A stretch of 64,000 bases of DNA from an uncultured Gammaproteobacteria bacterium (GTDB taxonomy: Bacteria; Pseudomonadota; Gammaproteobacteria; UBA4575). The translations under genes and the position numbers were made by a program. Shown here piece by piece: positions 42,891 to 52,576 of the stretch (the first letter of the stretch is position 1; each line of letters begins with the position of its first letter). The stretch is from positions 1,443,653 to 1,507,652 of the forward strand of contig OX638335.1 of NCBI GenBank assembly GCA_951812785.1, written 5' to 3'. The notes under the pieces are model-generated. The model was not told the origin of the DNA, did no database searches, and saw only the letters and a list, made by a program, of their open reading frames with translations.

Positions 42891-43829
42891 CTATTCGCCA
42901 AGACTAACTTGCTTCACCTGTTCAAACATAAAATCCAGTGCTTTGTGCTGGGTAAAGTTTTGCAGACATTGTTGGCGAAACTCCTGTTCGCTGGAGTTTT
43001 CCTTAGCACAGATAAAAGCCCAGGGCAGAATCAATGTGTCCTTTACCAAATCGGCAATATCAAAGACCAATGCACCACGACGAGTTTTACCATGCATCAC
43101 GGCAAACCCATGTGGAATGCCCAGTACCCAAAGGGTGGTTGCGGCTAAACCATAAGCCAGGTAATTGCCATGATTGAGAAAGGCATTGGCAGTATCTTCG
43201 GCTTCGTGGGTGCGGGTGAAGTCGCCATACTCGGTGCGGGTAGCGGCCAGTTTATACAACCATTTGGTGAGCTGGGCTTCGGTGTTGAGTAGTTCACTGA
43301 CTCTGGTGCAATGTTTTATTCTGTTGATGGCGTTATCTAATGCGCTTTTTATTGATGGGTCGTCGCTTGAAAAGCCTTCGCTCTTGAGATCGCGGTCACG
43401 TGACCAAACTTGTTGTAAAAATTCAATTCTTGCCTGCTGGAATTGTTTAGCAGCTTGCAAGCGCTTACTGTCGTCAAACCAGAATTGCATCCACCCTTGC
43501 ATATATTCGGTGGGACGATATTCGCTTTGTGGTGTCAGCCATTCAATTTCATTAGCCATAAGTAATGGTGTGCCACCTCCACCACAAAAACCAACTAATA
43601 CACCAGCTTGTGCGAGCATACGCATAGCTGCTTGAGTAATAGATGTGCCTGTTCCCAATAACAAGCAGGTGGTATTGGCAATCGGGATATTCCAATACTG
43701 GTTTTCTTCTTTGGCTTCAGTAAGGTACAAAACACGGCCATCTTTTTGCATGACGCGACATTTTTCAAGGTAATAAATGTTCGCTCGCTTAGAATGGAGG
43801 ATGGCTTTCAGGTCAGTCAGTTGATCCAC
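42891..43829 (-). CDS. cas1: Cas1 integrase (I-F type)
   Basis: 312 aa, MDQLTDLKAILHSKRANIYYLEKCRV...; first gene of the cas operon. Confidence 0.93.
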   Translation of the reverse strand: MDQLTDLKAILHSKRANIYYLEKCRVMQKDGRVLYLTEAKEENQYWNIPIANTTCLLLGTGTSITQAAMRMLAQAGVLVGFCGGGGTPLLMANEIEWLTPQSEYRPTEYMQGWMQFWFDDSKRLQAAKQFQQARIEFLQQVWSRDRDLKSEGFSSDDPSIKSALDNAINRIKHCTRVSELLNTEAQLTKWLYKLAATRTEYGDFTRTHEAEDTANAFLNHGNYLAYGLAATTLWVLGIPHGFAVMHGKTRRGALVFDIADLVKDTLILPWAFICAKENSSEQEFRQQCLQNFTQHKALDFMFEQVKQVSLGE

Positions 43830-44052
43830 GATATTAGGTGATGTTCATGCTATTGTTGAACCTGATATTACATTGTTACAATTTTTTATCAAACCATTAT
43901 GCTTCCCAATATCCAGAATATAGAGAGCACCAAAATATAGCTCTTTTAGAAATAATGATATTAGGCCACCTCAAAGAGACAGAAAATATTGCCAGGACTT
44001 AAGGACTTACCTAGACTTTATGGTTGGTAGAGCAACATTTTATCGGTGGAAT

Positions 44053-44140
44053 TTGAATGATCGCGCAGGCGATGAAAACTGCAGAAACGCGCAAGCAAAA
44101 TCTTATTGAAAATTGAATGATCGCGCAGGCGATGAAAACT
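44053..44140 (+). repeat. orphan two-repeat CRISPR-like unit with a non-I-F repeat
   Basis: Identical 28-nt repeats TTGAATGATCGCGCAGGCGATGAAAACT at 44053-44080 and 44113-44140 flank a 32-nt spacer at 44081-44112. The repeat carries a 5-bp stem ATCGC/GCGAT with a 4-nt loop and a GAAAACT tail. Confidence 0.5.
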
Positions 44141-44151
44141 TTTTAAAAAAT

Positions 44152-44509
44152 TTAATGTAAAGAGATAAATTCTTCTTCACGCAATTTAGTGAGTTGTCTT
44201 TGCCACAGAGTAATATTTCCAGGGTTTGATCCAGATGAAAGTGCATCCAGCCATTTGTCATGGCATAACATTAACAGCTCCAGCCCTTCTTCCGTAAAGT
44301 CAGAAATTTTCAATTCAAACTCTATCCAATCGTTTTCTTTCCATTCCTTATCGTCTAAATACTGGCCGATTCAGAAGGCCTGCTTCTTCAAAGAAATGTA
44401 GTAATGGTCTATACCTGTTTTTAAATTCTTCCGCTGCTTTGTGGCGAATATTGGCTTCAGACTTTTCATCAATATACCATTTACATGCATCAATCACCAT
44501 GTCTTTCAT
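44152..44509 (-). pseudogene. hypothetical ~118-aa protein interrupted by a frameshift
   Basis: Good SD (GAGAGG) before the ATG at 44509. MKDMVIDACKWYIDEKSEANIRHKAAEEFKNRYRPLLHFFEEAGLLNRPV... then continues in another frame as ..YLDDKEWKENDWIEFELKISDFTEEGLELLMLCHDKWLDALSSGSNPGNITLWQRQLTKLREEEFISLH*. Confidence 0.4.
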
Positions 44510-44593
44510 ATTATTTGCCTCTCACAAGCCCTGAAATAAAATCAGTAAACTTTGTTGGCGGGTTGTGGCAATTTAATGTCAGCTAAGTATCAA

Positions 44594-45427
44594 ATAACCA
44601 TTGTTGTATCTCTTTTTTATTAGCTAACACTAGTTGTTGGGCTTCTGGTTGGGCATCGTGAAATTTAATATTCACTTGCATTTCTTGCAGTAGATAATGG
44701 GTGAGTGTAGCACGAGTAGGAATAACAATTCACCTTCTTGCATCATATATTCTTGTTGAATCACATTTTTTTGTTCGCGGCTTAAACGACTGTCTGGTGC
44801 AAGTTTTACATCAATGAATGTGTTCCAAGCTACATCATCGGTACTAGTGTGAGTCGCATTGTCTAACAAGCCAGCTTGACCTACAAAACGGCTAAGTACA
44901 AAGTCTCTAAATGCCTTATTTTTTTCGTCGTAAGCACGCAAATGCCACCTTAGCCCAGTTTTGACAAACACATGAGGCTGAATAACTCGACCCTGATTAT
45001 TTGGATTGCTTAAGGAAAGATATTCCACGTCTACCCGCTTCTTTTGTTTAGTAGCTTGCACCAATAAGCACATAACTTAGGGAGTAACGTAACGTCTAGG
45101 CAAACTTAGAGAGGAGCTGGTTACTCGATGATTTCCTTTAGGCTCAGCAGCTAAAATTAAACCATTATGATCTAACCAATCTAAGTATTCGCTGGCATCA
45201 CAACTAATAAAAACTGGAGAGAAGTTTTGTGAAGCAACAAACCCTTTTAAACTAGGTTGATACACTAGGTTTTCAGGGTGTTCTTGTTGGTAATAAGAAA
45301 GATATTTCTGGGCTTGTGTTCTACTAATACCAAAGTATTGGCTTACTTGTGTACTATTAATTGAACCTTGCCAAAATGCCAATAACTCAATGAAATAACA
45401 CCTAACGTCCGTATTGGATTGACTCAC
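44594..45427 (-). pseudogene. WYL-domain transcriptional regulator of the BrxR/CapW type, with an in-frame TAA and a C-terminal frameshift
   Basis: N-terminal wHTH segment (45077-45427), WYL-like core ..VKTGLRWHLRAYDEKNKAFRDFVLSRF.. (44672-45073, same frame, separated by TAA at 45077-45079), and a WCX-like tail readable only after a frameshift (..IVIPTRATLTHYLLQEMQVNIKFHDAQPEAQQLVLANKKEIQQWLFDT*). Confidence 0.55.
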
Positions 45428-45488
45428 TTTAATGCTTCCTTGTACAACACTAGAGCAAATAAATACTGTATTAAATAGAGGGAATTAA

Positions 45489-46223
45489 TCAACTATACAA
45501 TGATTTGATTTTTGATCTGTAGTGGTCGAATAAAACCGCGAGATAACCATGCCCATCTAGCTGCTTTTTTATCTCGTCAAGAACCGCCTTCCTCTCAGGG
45601 GTAAACCTACCTAATATCAAAACAACTTTTGACGTTATCGTTTCTATTACTTGATGGAGGTTCTTGCTATTGATTAATAAGGAAATGAATTGTGCTAATT
45701 CTATTGTGGGCACTGTAATAGAGTTGTTTGACTCTGACATAGCGATATTTGATTGCTGACTATCATTTAGATTTAAATCCCATGCAGAAATACCGTAAGC
45801 GCAAGTGCTTTCAATGCAAGCATTGCTAAAATCTGTTTTAACCAAACTCATATTACTTAGATTTGTACCCACCAAAACTGATCCAGAGAAGCTGGTTTCT
45901 TCAGCGCTGCAATATGAAAGATCGACGCCTGTGAAATTACATTTTAAACAGTAGGAATCAACTAAATCTGAAAAGTGAAAATGACTATTCGAAAAATCGC
46001 AATCTATAAATGTACTGTTTCGCATAGAAACACGATCCATATTCATTCCAGAGAAATTAAATCCTTGGAAGAGTGGTAAATCGTAGAACTCTTCACCACT
46101 AGGACAATCTCTCACGAAATCAGTATCACTTAAGTCAACGCTTCTCCCCTCATCTGTAAGGCGCCACTTGTTCCAGGATTTCGCACCAGATTTTAACTTT
46201 TCTAATACTTGTGACGATAGCAT
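45489..46223 (-). CDS. pentapeptide-repeat protein with an uncharacterised C-terminal domain
   Basis: 244 aa; the N-terminal two thirds are tandem pentapeptide repeats (..FSGMNMDRVSMRNSTFIDCDFSNSHFHFSDLVDSYCLKCNFTGVDLSYCSAEETSFSGSVLVGTNLSNMSL..). Confidence 0.65.
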   Translation of the reverse strand: MLSSQVLEKLKSGAKSWNKWRLTDEGRSVDLSDTDFVRDCPSGEEFYDLPLFQGFNFSGMNMDRVSMRNSTFIDCDFSNSHFHFSDLVDSYCLKCNFTGVDLSYCSAEETSFSGSVLVGTNLSNMSLVKTDFSNACIESTCAYGISAWDLNLNDSQQSNIAMSESNNSITVPTIELAQFISLLINSKNLHQVIETITSKVVLILGRFTPERKAVLDEIKKQLDGHGYLAVLFDHYRSKIKSLYS

Positions 46224-46461
46224 ATATTTCCCTGAATGAATCTAACACCCGCATCAGCGGCGCGGCTTTTCCGCGTCCGACTGTATGCGTTTGTTAGCGT
46301 GATTTTGGGTAAGTTGCAGCCATCGCTCAAACGAATTCATTAGCTGATTTTATCGACCTGACTTTTTAGTTCGCCTGTAACCATTATTTATTTTATTTGG
46401 GCAATTTAGCTTTGACCGTAGTATATCGTGTACGAGCTATATCTAACTCTTTGGCTGATAA

Positions 46462-47004
46462 TTAACTATCTTTTGCTATCACAGCTTTGGTCGTTATTAG
46501 TGGCAGACTTGCTTGATTTATGAGCAATTTTACGATTGCTTTGGGATCATAGAACTTTTTAGTTGGAATCCTGATGAGTACATGATGTGAATTTAAAGCT
46601 TCATTAACATATTCATCCCTTTTTACTCTCTTTCTTCTTTTATGTGTTGAGTCGTCTAGCTCTATCACTGCGATGACTTTTGTTGTTTTATCTGTTATGA
46701 CGAAATCCATGCGTTTTGACCACGCTTTAGATTTGTATTTGAATTCAACTGGCTCAACTAAAGCGATTAATGAGGTTTGGCAATGGACGAGATATTTTCC
46801 ATCTAGCGCAACTTGAAGTGCATAGAATAGTTTCTTCTCGCTTTCGGTACAGAGTGATTCTCTTTTTTTGTGGAGGATTGAGGGTTTTGCTGGGTTTTTA
46901 TCAGTAGGTTTATTTTTTTTATCAGTAGGTTTATTTACTGTGAAATATATTCTTGCGATTGCGAGCAATGCAAATACAACGAATACAGTGATTAATAATT
47001 CCAT
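46462..47004 (-). CDS. DUF2726-family membrane-anchored protein (nuclease-like fold)
   Basis: 180 aa; N-terminal TM helix; core ..YALQVALDGKYLVHCQTSLIALVEPV..RMDFVITDKTTKVIAVIELDDSTHKR.. typical of DUF2726. Contains a 21-bp tandem duplication (KPTDKKN-KPTDKN). Confidence 0.55.
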   Translation of the reverse strand: MELLITVFVVFALLAIARIYFTVNKPTDKKNKPTDKNPAKPSILHKKRESLCTESEKKLFYALQVALDGKYLVHCQTSLIALVEPVEFKYKSKAWSKRMDFVITDKTTKVIAVIELDDSTHKRRKRVKRDEYVNEALNSHHVLIRIPTKKFYDPKAIVKLLINQASLPLITTKAVIAKDS

Positions 47005-47227
47005 TCAGCAATCATAATCACAATAGACAAATATTGGAATTATTAATTGTGTTTTGTAGATACAACTTGCAGAATTTTTTACAGACTAGCACCTGATTTT
47101 ATTCAGAGATTTTTTCGGTATCGCTAACGGCGATAATTGATTTGTAAGCTAAACCGGCTCTTTCTCAGAAACAATTATGGAATGGCTGTACCATATTTAA
47201 TTTGCGTGTTAAACCAACACGCAATGT

Positions 47228-47314
47228 TGGTGCCCGGGGCCGGAGTCGAACCGGCACGCCCGTGAAGGCGAGGGATTTTAAGTCCCTTGCGTCTACCAAT
47301 TCCGCCACCCGGGC
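47228..47314 (-). tRNA. tRNA-Leu (anticodon TAA)
   Basis: Reverse complement GCCCGGGTGGCGGAATTGGTAGACGCAAGGGACTTAAAATCCCTCGCCTTCACGGGCGTGCCGGTTCGACTCCGGCCCCGGGCACCA. Confidence 0.9.
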
Positions 47315-47349
47315 ATTGGGTATTGCGGTAATTTTTATTCAAAGTAACT

Positions 47350-47423
47350 TGGAGGCGAGTAGCGGAATCGAACCGCTGTACACGGCTTTGCAGGCCGCTG
47401 CATCACCACTCTGCCAACTCGCC
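47350..47423 (-). tRNA. tRNA-Cys (anticodon GCA)
   Basis: Reverse complement GGCGAGTTGGCAGAGTGGTGATGCAGCGGCCTGCAAAGCCGTGTACAGCGGTTCGATTCCGCTACTCGCCTCCA. Confidence 0.9.
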
Positions 47424-47726
47424 GTGGTTTTTACTGATTAATCTGTCTGCAAGTTCTGTGCTTGCCCAGATTATTATATTACAAGTTACTTTATGAAGTA
47501 TTAGTAACCTCATATTTTTACTAATTTTTTATCTTAATTCAGGCTAAAGATTTGTCGTTAACCTGTTTTGCGAAGCTGCGAATTATAACCAAAATTTTTC
47601 TGACTGTTTGGTTTATTTAAAACCTTATTTCTATTTCACTGTCATATGGATTGACAAGGCCGCATCTGTAATTGTCTCTTACAGCGATTGTTTTAAACGG
47701 CTTTTTTGGCTGTGAATTATTTGATT

Positions 47727-47783
47727 TGGAGCGGGAAACGAGATTCGAACTCGCGACCCCAACCTCGGTAAGGTTACGCTGTT
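47727..47783 (-). repeat. partial 3' copy of tRNA-Gly(GCC), a likely att-site duplication
   Basis: 39 nt are identical to the 3' end of the intact tRNA-Gly at 49310-49384 (TGGAGCGGGAAACGAGATTCGAACTCGCGACCCCAACCT), followed by about 11 similar nt. Confidence 0.7.
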
Positions 47784-47897
47784 AAACCTGATTTTTCAAG
47801 TTTTTCCATAGACTTAGATGGATTTTCACACATGCAAAATAGTCATACATCGACACATGAGCATTATGTAATTTAGCCAAACATATATGTATTTAAA

Positions 47898-48323
47898 CTA
47901 TAAAAGCTTCGACTCTTCTAACTTTTCAATCACTTTCTTTGTAGAACATATACAAGTTTTAGCTTTATCTATAGTAAATTCTCTATCCAGATGATAATCA
48001 GCATCAACTCGATTCTGTCTAGCCTGATCTAAAATATATGATATTCCGAGTAATTTTATTTGTGTTTCTTGTGGCAGATGACTTGTACAATTTTGGAATG
48101 CACCGATTAACCTTCTATGGACGCCACCAACATTTTGATGTGGTTTAGTCGGAAAATTTGACGCTACGTTGTTACATATATGATAGACACAATAATAAGC
48201 TCTACTTGCCGCAACTCGCGCGCAGGATTCTGCATGTAATACTGTTGAATCATTAAGAATTGATTGTGCAAAGTCTAGAAATAACTTTGGATCAAATGAC
48301 GTTTCAGACATCTCCAGGCGCAA
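47898..48323 (-). CDS. hypothetical 141-aa protein, downstream gene of a two-gene islet cassette
   Basis: ORF overlaps the upstream gene by 20 nt. No recognisable family from sequence alone. Confidence 0.4.
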   Translation of the reverse strand: MRLEMSETSFDPKLFLDFAQSILNDSTVLHAESCARVAASRAYYCVYHICNNVASNFPTKPHQNVGGVHRRLIGAFQNCTSHLPQETQIKLLGISYILDQARQNRVDADYHLDREFTIDKAKTCICSTKKVIEKLEESKLL

Positions 48324-49080
48324 ACTGAATTGTAAAATTATTCAACGTACACTTGCTAAGACCACTTTCGGCTAAAGCGTCAGCAATTTTAAAATTCAAA
48401 TCTACAACTTTATTAATACTTGCTGAAATATAATACTTAAAGCTAACCCACGAAGAATCATCATCTTCCTGGATATTTACTTCCAGACCTCTAAACAAAT
48501 AATTAGACTCTACTTTTATATCATCAGTAACTATTGTTTCCACAATATTCAACATATTAATTATGTCATTTTCCGCCAAATCTTGGTCTTCAATGTAAGA
48601 TCTAACAGAATTTATTTGATATTCAAAATCCTTAAATGTTTCATCAGTCAGCTTTTGGAGCTTAACAAAGTGATCACTAGCTTCTTTAAATTTTCCAGAT
48701 TTAATAGCATAGTCAATTACATCATATAAAACTTTAATATTGCCAGGATCTCTAGCATTCACTCGTTTTGCAATCTCATACGCTTTTCCAAAACAACCAA
48801 AATATGACAAAAAAACAGCATAATTACTGTTAGCATTTTGATCGTATTGAGCAAGCTTCAATGCTTTCTCATGATTATCAACCATACTATTATAATCACG
48901 TGAAACTGCACCTAACATTCCATAAAGCTCGTATGCATTTTTGGAATCTACTCTCATTAAGTCACTAATCTGCTTTTTAATACGTAAAATTTCAAGTTCA
49001 GTAATATCGCGCTTAGAATTAAAAATTCCTTGTAGTTCAGTGTGAATGCCACTGTAGATTGTTGCAGGCTCTTGGCTCAT
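48304..49080 (-). CDS. hypothetical 258-aa protein, upstream gene of the two-gene islet cassette
   Basis: Helical, repeat-like composition. Sits between the tRNA-Gly partial copy and the intact tRNA-Gly. Confidence 0.4.
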   Translation of the reverse strand: MSQEPATIYSGIHTELQGIFNSKRDITELEILRIKKQISDLMRVDSKNAYELYGMLGAVSRDYNSMVDNHEKALKLAQYDQNANSNYAVFLSYFGCFGKAYEIAKRVNARDPGNIKVLYDVIDYAIKSGKFKEASDHFVKLQKLTDETFKDFEYQINSVRSYIEDQDLAENDIINMLNIVETIVTDDIKVESNYLFRGLEVNIQEDDDSSWVSFKYYISASINKVVDLNFKIADALAESGLSKCTLNNFTIQFAPGDV

Positions 49081-49309
49081 ATTCTTTAGAAATAATATTG
49101 ATGAAATAGTTTCTCAGTTCAACTGAAGCTATCGGCCTTATATATGACTTAGCCACACCAGACATCTGATACAAGAATCTATTTTGATAATTATTGCAGA
49201 TGGCTTATATCAATTTGATCACAATACCAATGAAAAAGACACAGATACTGTTTTCGTATCCACTTACTTTTCAAATGGATACTTAAGCTATTGACTTATA
49301 ATGAATTCT

Positions 49310-49384
49310 TGGAGCGGGAAACGAGATTCGAACTCGCGACCCCAACCTTGGCAAGGTTGTGCTCTACCACTGAGCTATTCCCGC
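49310..49384 (-). tRNA. tRNA-Gly (anticodon GCC)
   Basis: Reverse complement GCGGGAATAGCTCAGTGGTAGAGCACAACCTTGCCAAGGTTGGGGTCGCGAGTTCGAATCTCGTTTCCCGCTCCA. Gly-Cys-Leu order downstream of pgsA matches E. coli glyW-cysT-leuZ. Confidence 0.92.
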
Positions 49385-49514
49385 AATTTGGTGTAGGCGG
49401 CTATTCTAGTGCAATTCGTAAGTCTGTCAACGAAGTGTTTGTTTATATTTGTAATTTTCGTGACGGACTTGCTGCAAATTGTGTCGTTTTTGCTTTTAGC
49501 CAAAACATTTGGCG

Positions 49515-50063
49515 CTATTCTGCTCTAAATGCTGCTCTTAGGTAGCCAATCATTGAAACTACGGTAAGTACGGCGGCAATATCCAGTAACCACAATCCGG
49601 TTTGGTAAGTGGAGATCCCAAGTATTGGCTGATACCAAAGTAAAAATAGAATGGCGACTATTTGTGCAGTCGTTTTGATCTTACCCAGGTAAGACACAGA
49701 CACTTTACCTTGATTGCCAAGTTCGGCCATCCACTCACGCAACGCTGAGACGGTAATCTCGCGCCCTATTATTATGAGCGCCGGTATCAGCACATGCATG
49801 CTGGGATGACGGTAGACAACAATCACCAAGGCACAGGTCACGATAAGTTTATCGGCCACCGGGTCTAAGAACGCACCAAAGGCTGAGGTTTGATTTAGCT
49901 TTCTTGCCAGGTAGCCATCGAGTAAATCAGTAAGCCCGGCAACACCAAAGATAATAGCCGCAATAGGCATGGCATAGGGAATAGAAGAGAAATACACCAC
50001 TATCAACAACGGTATTAAGGCAATACGTAATAACGTGAGTATATTTGGAATGGTGTAAGACAT
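49515..50063 (-). CDS. pgsA: CDP-diacylglycerol--glycerol-3-phosphate 3-phosphatidyltransferase
   Basis: 182-aa membrane protein with the CDP-alcohol phosphatidyltransferase motif (..DLLDGYLARK..DPVADKL..), in the uvrC-pgsA-tRNA context. Confidence 0.88.
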   Translation of the reverse strand: MSYTIPNILTLLRIALIPLLIVVYFSSIPYAMPIAAIIFGVAGLTDLLDGYLARKLNQTSAFGAFLDPVADKLIVTCALVIVVYRHPSMHVLIPALIIIGREITVSALREWMAELGNQGKVSVSYLGKIKTTAQIVAILFLLWYQPILGISTYQTGLWLLDIAAVLTVVSMIGYLRAAFRAE

Positions 50064-50071
50064 TATTTCAT

Positions 50072-51904
50072 TTAATGGCTATGCAGTATTTCATGTATGG
50101 ATTGCGCCAATTGTTTGCTAATACCCGTGACTTTGGCTAACTCTTGTTCGCTTGCTCTTTCGATGCCACGCATGCCCCCAAAATGTTTTAGTAAACTTTG
50201 GCGGCGTTTAGGACCCAGTCCGGCAATCCCTTCTAGTGGGGACATTGTACGCGATCTATTCCTGCGTTTCCGGTGGCTTGTAATCGCGAAGCGGTGTGCT
50301 TCATCACGAATTTGTTGAATTAAGTGTAGTGCGAGTGAGTCTGCACCTAAATGTATCGGCTGTTTGTCACCCAATATAAATAATTGTTCCATACCTGGTC
50401 TTCTCTCTACTCCTTTAGCCACACCTACAACTAACACGTCCTCAATTTGTAACTCTTGCATCACCTGGCCTGCTTGAGTCAGCTGGCCTTTGCCTCCATC
50501 AATAAACAAAATATCCGGTAGCCTGCCCTCACCTTTTTTAATTCTTGTATAACGACGGGTCAACGCTTGCAACATGGCCGCATAGTCATCACCGGGCGTA
50601 ATATCTTCAATATTAAATTTACGGTATTCGCCTTTATTTGGCCCTTCTCTATTAAATACTACGCATGAAGCCACGGCTAATTCGCCGGAGGTATGACTAA
50701 TATCAAAACACTCCATGCGTCGAATGGGATTTTTTAATTTAAAAATACTTTCTAGTGCTGTGAATCGTTGTTCCATACCGGCTTGGCTGGCTAAACGTGA
50801 TTCAAAAGCCGTCACGACATTTTTACTAGCAAATTCTAACCAGCGAGCGCGCTTACCTCTGACTGATGATGTAATTTTAACTTTTGCACCACGTTGATTA
50901 GAGAGCATTTCTGCAAGCACATCACTTTCTGTTGGTTCGTGCGCCGTAATGATTTCTTCTGGAGGTCTGCGATGTAAATAATATTGCCCTATAAATGCTG
51001 ACAGGAATTCTTGCTCATTATAATGCGCTGGCGTTTTAGGGAAAAAACATTTGTTGCCCAAGTTCATTTTATTGCGTACCTGGAATACCTGCACACAAGC
51101 TAAAGAATCACGCATACGAGACGTAATAATGTCACAGTCGCCAGACAAGTCACTGACGTATTGCTGTTGAGAAACTTGTCTTAATGCATCTATTTGATCA
51201 CGAAGCTTGGCGGCATGCTCAAATTCTAAATTTTCTGATGCCCTTTCCATTTCAGACACCAAATGATTAATGACCTGTTCACTCTTCCCTTGCAAAAACT
51301 TACGTGCAAAATCTACATCTTTGGCATAAATTTTTTCACTCACCATGTTGACACAAGGAGCTGTGCACCTTTCAATTTGGTATTGCAAACACGGGCGCGA
51401 ACGATTCCGATAATAACTTTCACTGCACTGACGCACTTTGAATGTTTTTTGCAACAAACTTAATGTTTCACGCACTGCGCCGACACTGGCATAGGGGCCA
51501 AAATATTCGCCTTTCTTTTTCTTCGCGCCACGATAAAAACTTAAGCTGGGAAATTCCTGCTGGGATAATAATATGTACGGGTAGCTTTTATCATCGCGCA
51601 ATAAAATATTATATTTTGGGCGGTGTTCTTTAATCAGGTTATTTTCCAGTAACAACGCTTCCGCTTCAGTATTGGTCACAGTGACTTCCATTGTGGTCAC
51701 TTGCTGAACCATTTGCTTGATGCGCGGGCTGATACTACTGCGATTAAAATAAGACGAGACACGCTTTTTAAGGTTTTTAGCTTTTCCCACATAGATGATA
51801 GTGGCATCACTATTTAACATACGATACACACCGGGCTGATGTGTCAGCGTTTTTAGAAACGCCTTATCGTCAAATTGGTCAAATTGGGGAGGTACCTCAG
51901 GCAT
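50072..51904 (-). CDS. uvrC: excinuclease ABC subunit C
   Basis: 610 aa; N-terminal GIY-YIG (..GVYRMLNSDATIIYVGKAKNLKKRVSSYF..) and C-terminal endonuclease plus HhH domains. Confidence 0.95.
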   Translation of the reverse strand: MPEVPPQFDQFDDKAFLKTLTHQPGVYRMLNSDATIIYVGKAKNLKKRVSSYFNRSSISPRIKQMVQQVTTMEVTVTNTEAEALLLENNLIKEHRPKYNILLRDDKSYPYILLSQQEFPSLSFYRGAKKKKGEYFGPYASVGAVRETLSLLQKTFKVRQCSESYYRNRSRPCLQYQIERCTAPCVNMVSEKIYAKDVDFARKFLQGKSEQVINHLVSEMERASENLEFEHAAKLRDQIDALRQVSQQQYVSDLSGDCDIITSRMRDSLACVQVFQVRNKMNLGNKCFFPKTPAHYNEQEFLSAFIGQYYLHRRPPEEIITAHEPTESDVLAEMLSNQRGAKVKITSSVRGKRARWLEFASKNVVTAFESRLASQAGMEQRFTALESIFKLKNPIRRMECFDISHTSGELAVASCVVFNREGPNKGEYRKFNIEDITPGDDYAAMLQALTRRYTRIKKGEGRLPDILFIDGGKGQLTQAGQVMQELQIEDVLVVGVAKGVERRPGMEQLFILGDKQPIHLGADSLALHLIQQIRDEAHRFAITSHRKRRNRSRTMSPLEGIAGLGPKRRQSLLKHFGGMRGIERASEQELAKVTGISKQLAQSIHEILHSH

Positions 51905-51922
51905 ATTACCGTGGTGAAATTG

Positions 51923-52561
51923 CTACGAGTCAATTAGCTCTCTGATTTTAGCGAATACTGCCTCAAATTGATCTACTGTCAGACGTTTGGTGGATGTGTT
52001 ATAGCGGCTGCAATGGTATGAATCGACCAAAATAAATTGGTCTGGTAGCTCATGCACTGCGCCATGACCAAATGGGTAATCTTTAAGACGCAAGCTTAAC
52101 GATCGAAGTGTGGTCTCATGAGCGATTCGCCCTAGTGCCAAGACAATATTATCTGGCGATAAAGCAAGTAATTCTTGCTGAATATATTGGTTGCAAGTTT
52201 TTATTTCTGCGGGTGTCGGTTTATTTTGTGGTGGGACACATTTCACTGCATTGGTAATACGCGCATCTATCAATTTCAAACCATCTTTAACATGCTTAGA
52301 TTCAGGTGCACTAGAAAAACCAAATTTATGTAACGTGTTGTATAACAGAATACCGGCATAGTCTCCGGTAAAGGGTCTACCTGTGGCATTCGCACCATGC
52401 AATCCTGGTGCTAACCCTACAATCAATAATTTTGCATTGGCATCGCCAAACGGTGGGACTGGCTTACAGAAGTAATCAGGGAATTTTTTTTTAGATTCTA
52501 CAAGAAAATCTGCAAGACGTTCGCAGTCCTTGCAACGTGTTGAGAATTTTTTAGTGGCCAT
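51923..52561 (-). CDS. uracil-DNA glycosylase, family 4
   Basis: 212 aa with Cys-rich N-terminus and ..LLIVGLAPGLHGANATGRPFTG.. motif. Confidence 0.75.
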   Translation of the reverse strand: MATKKFSTRCKDCERLADFLVESKKKFPDYFCKPVPPFGDANAKLLIVGLAPGLHGANATGRPFTGDYAGILLYNTLHKFGFSSAPESKHVKDGLKLIDARITNAVKCVPPQNKPTPAEIKTCNQYIQQELLALSPDNIVLALGRIAHETTLRSLSLRLKDYPFGHGAVHELPDQFILVDSYHCSRYNTSTKRLTVDQFEAVFAKIRELIDS

Positions 52562-52576
52562 CGTTGTAATGGCACA

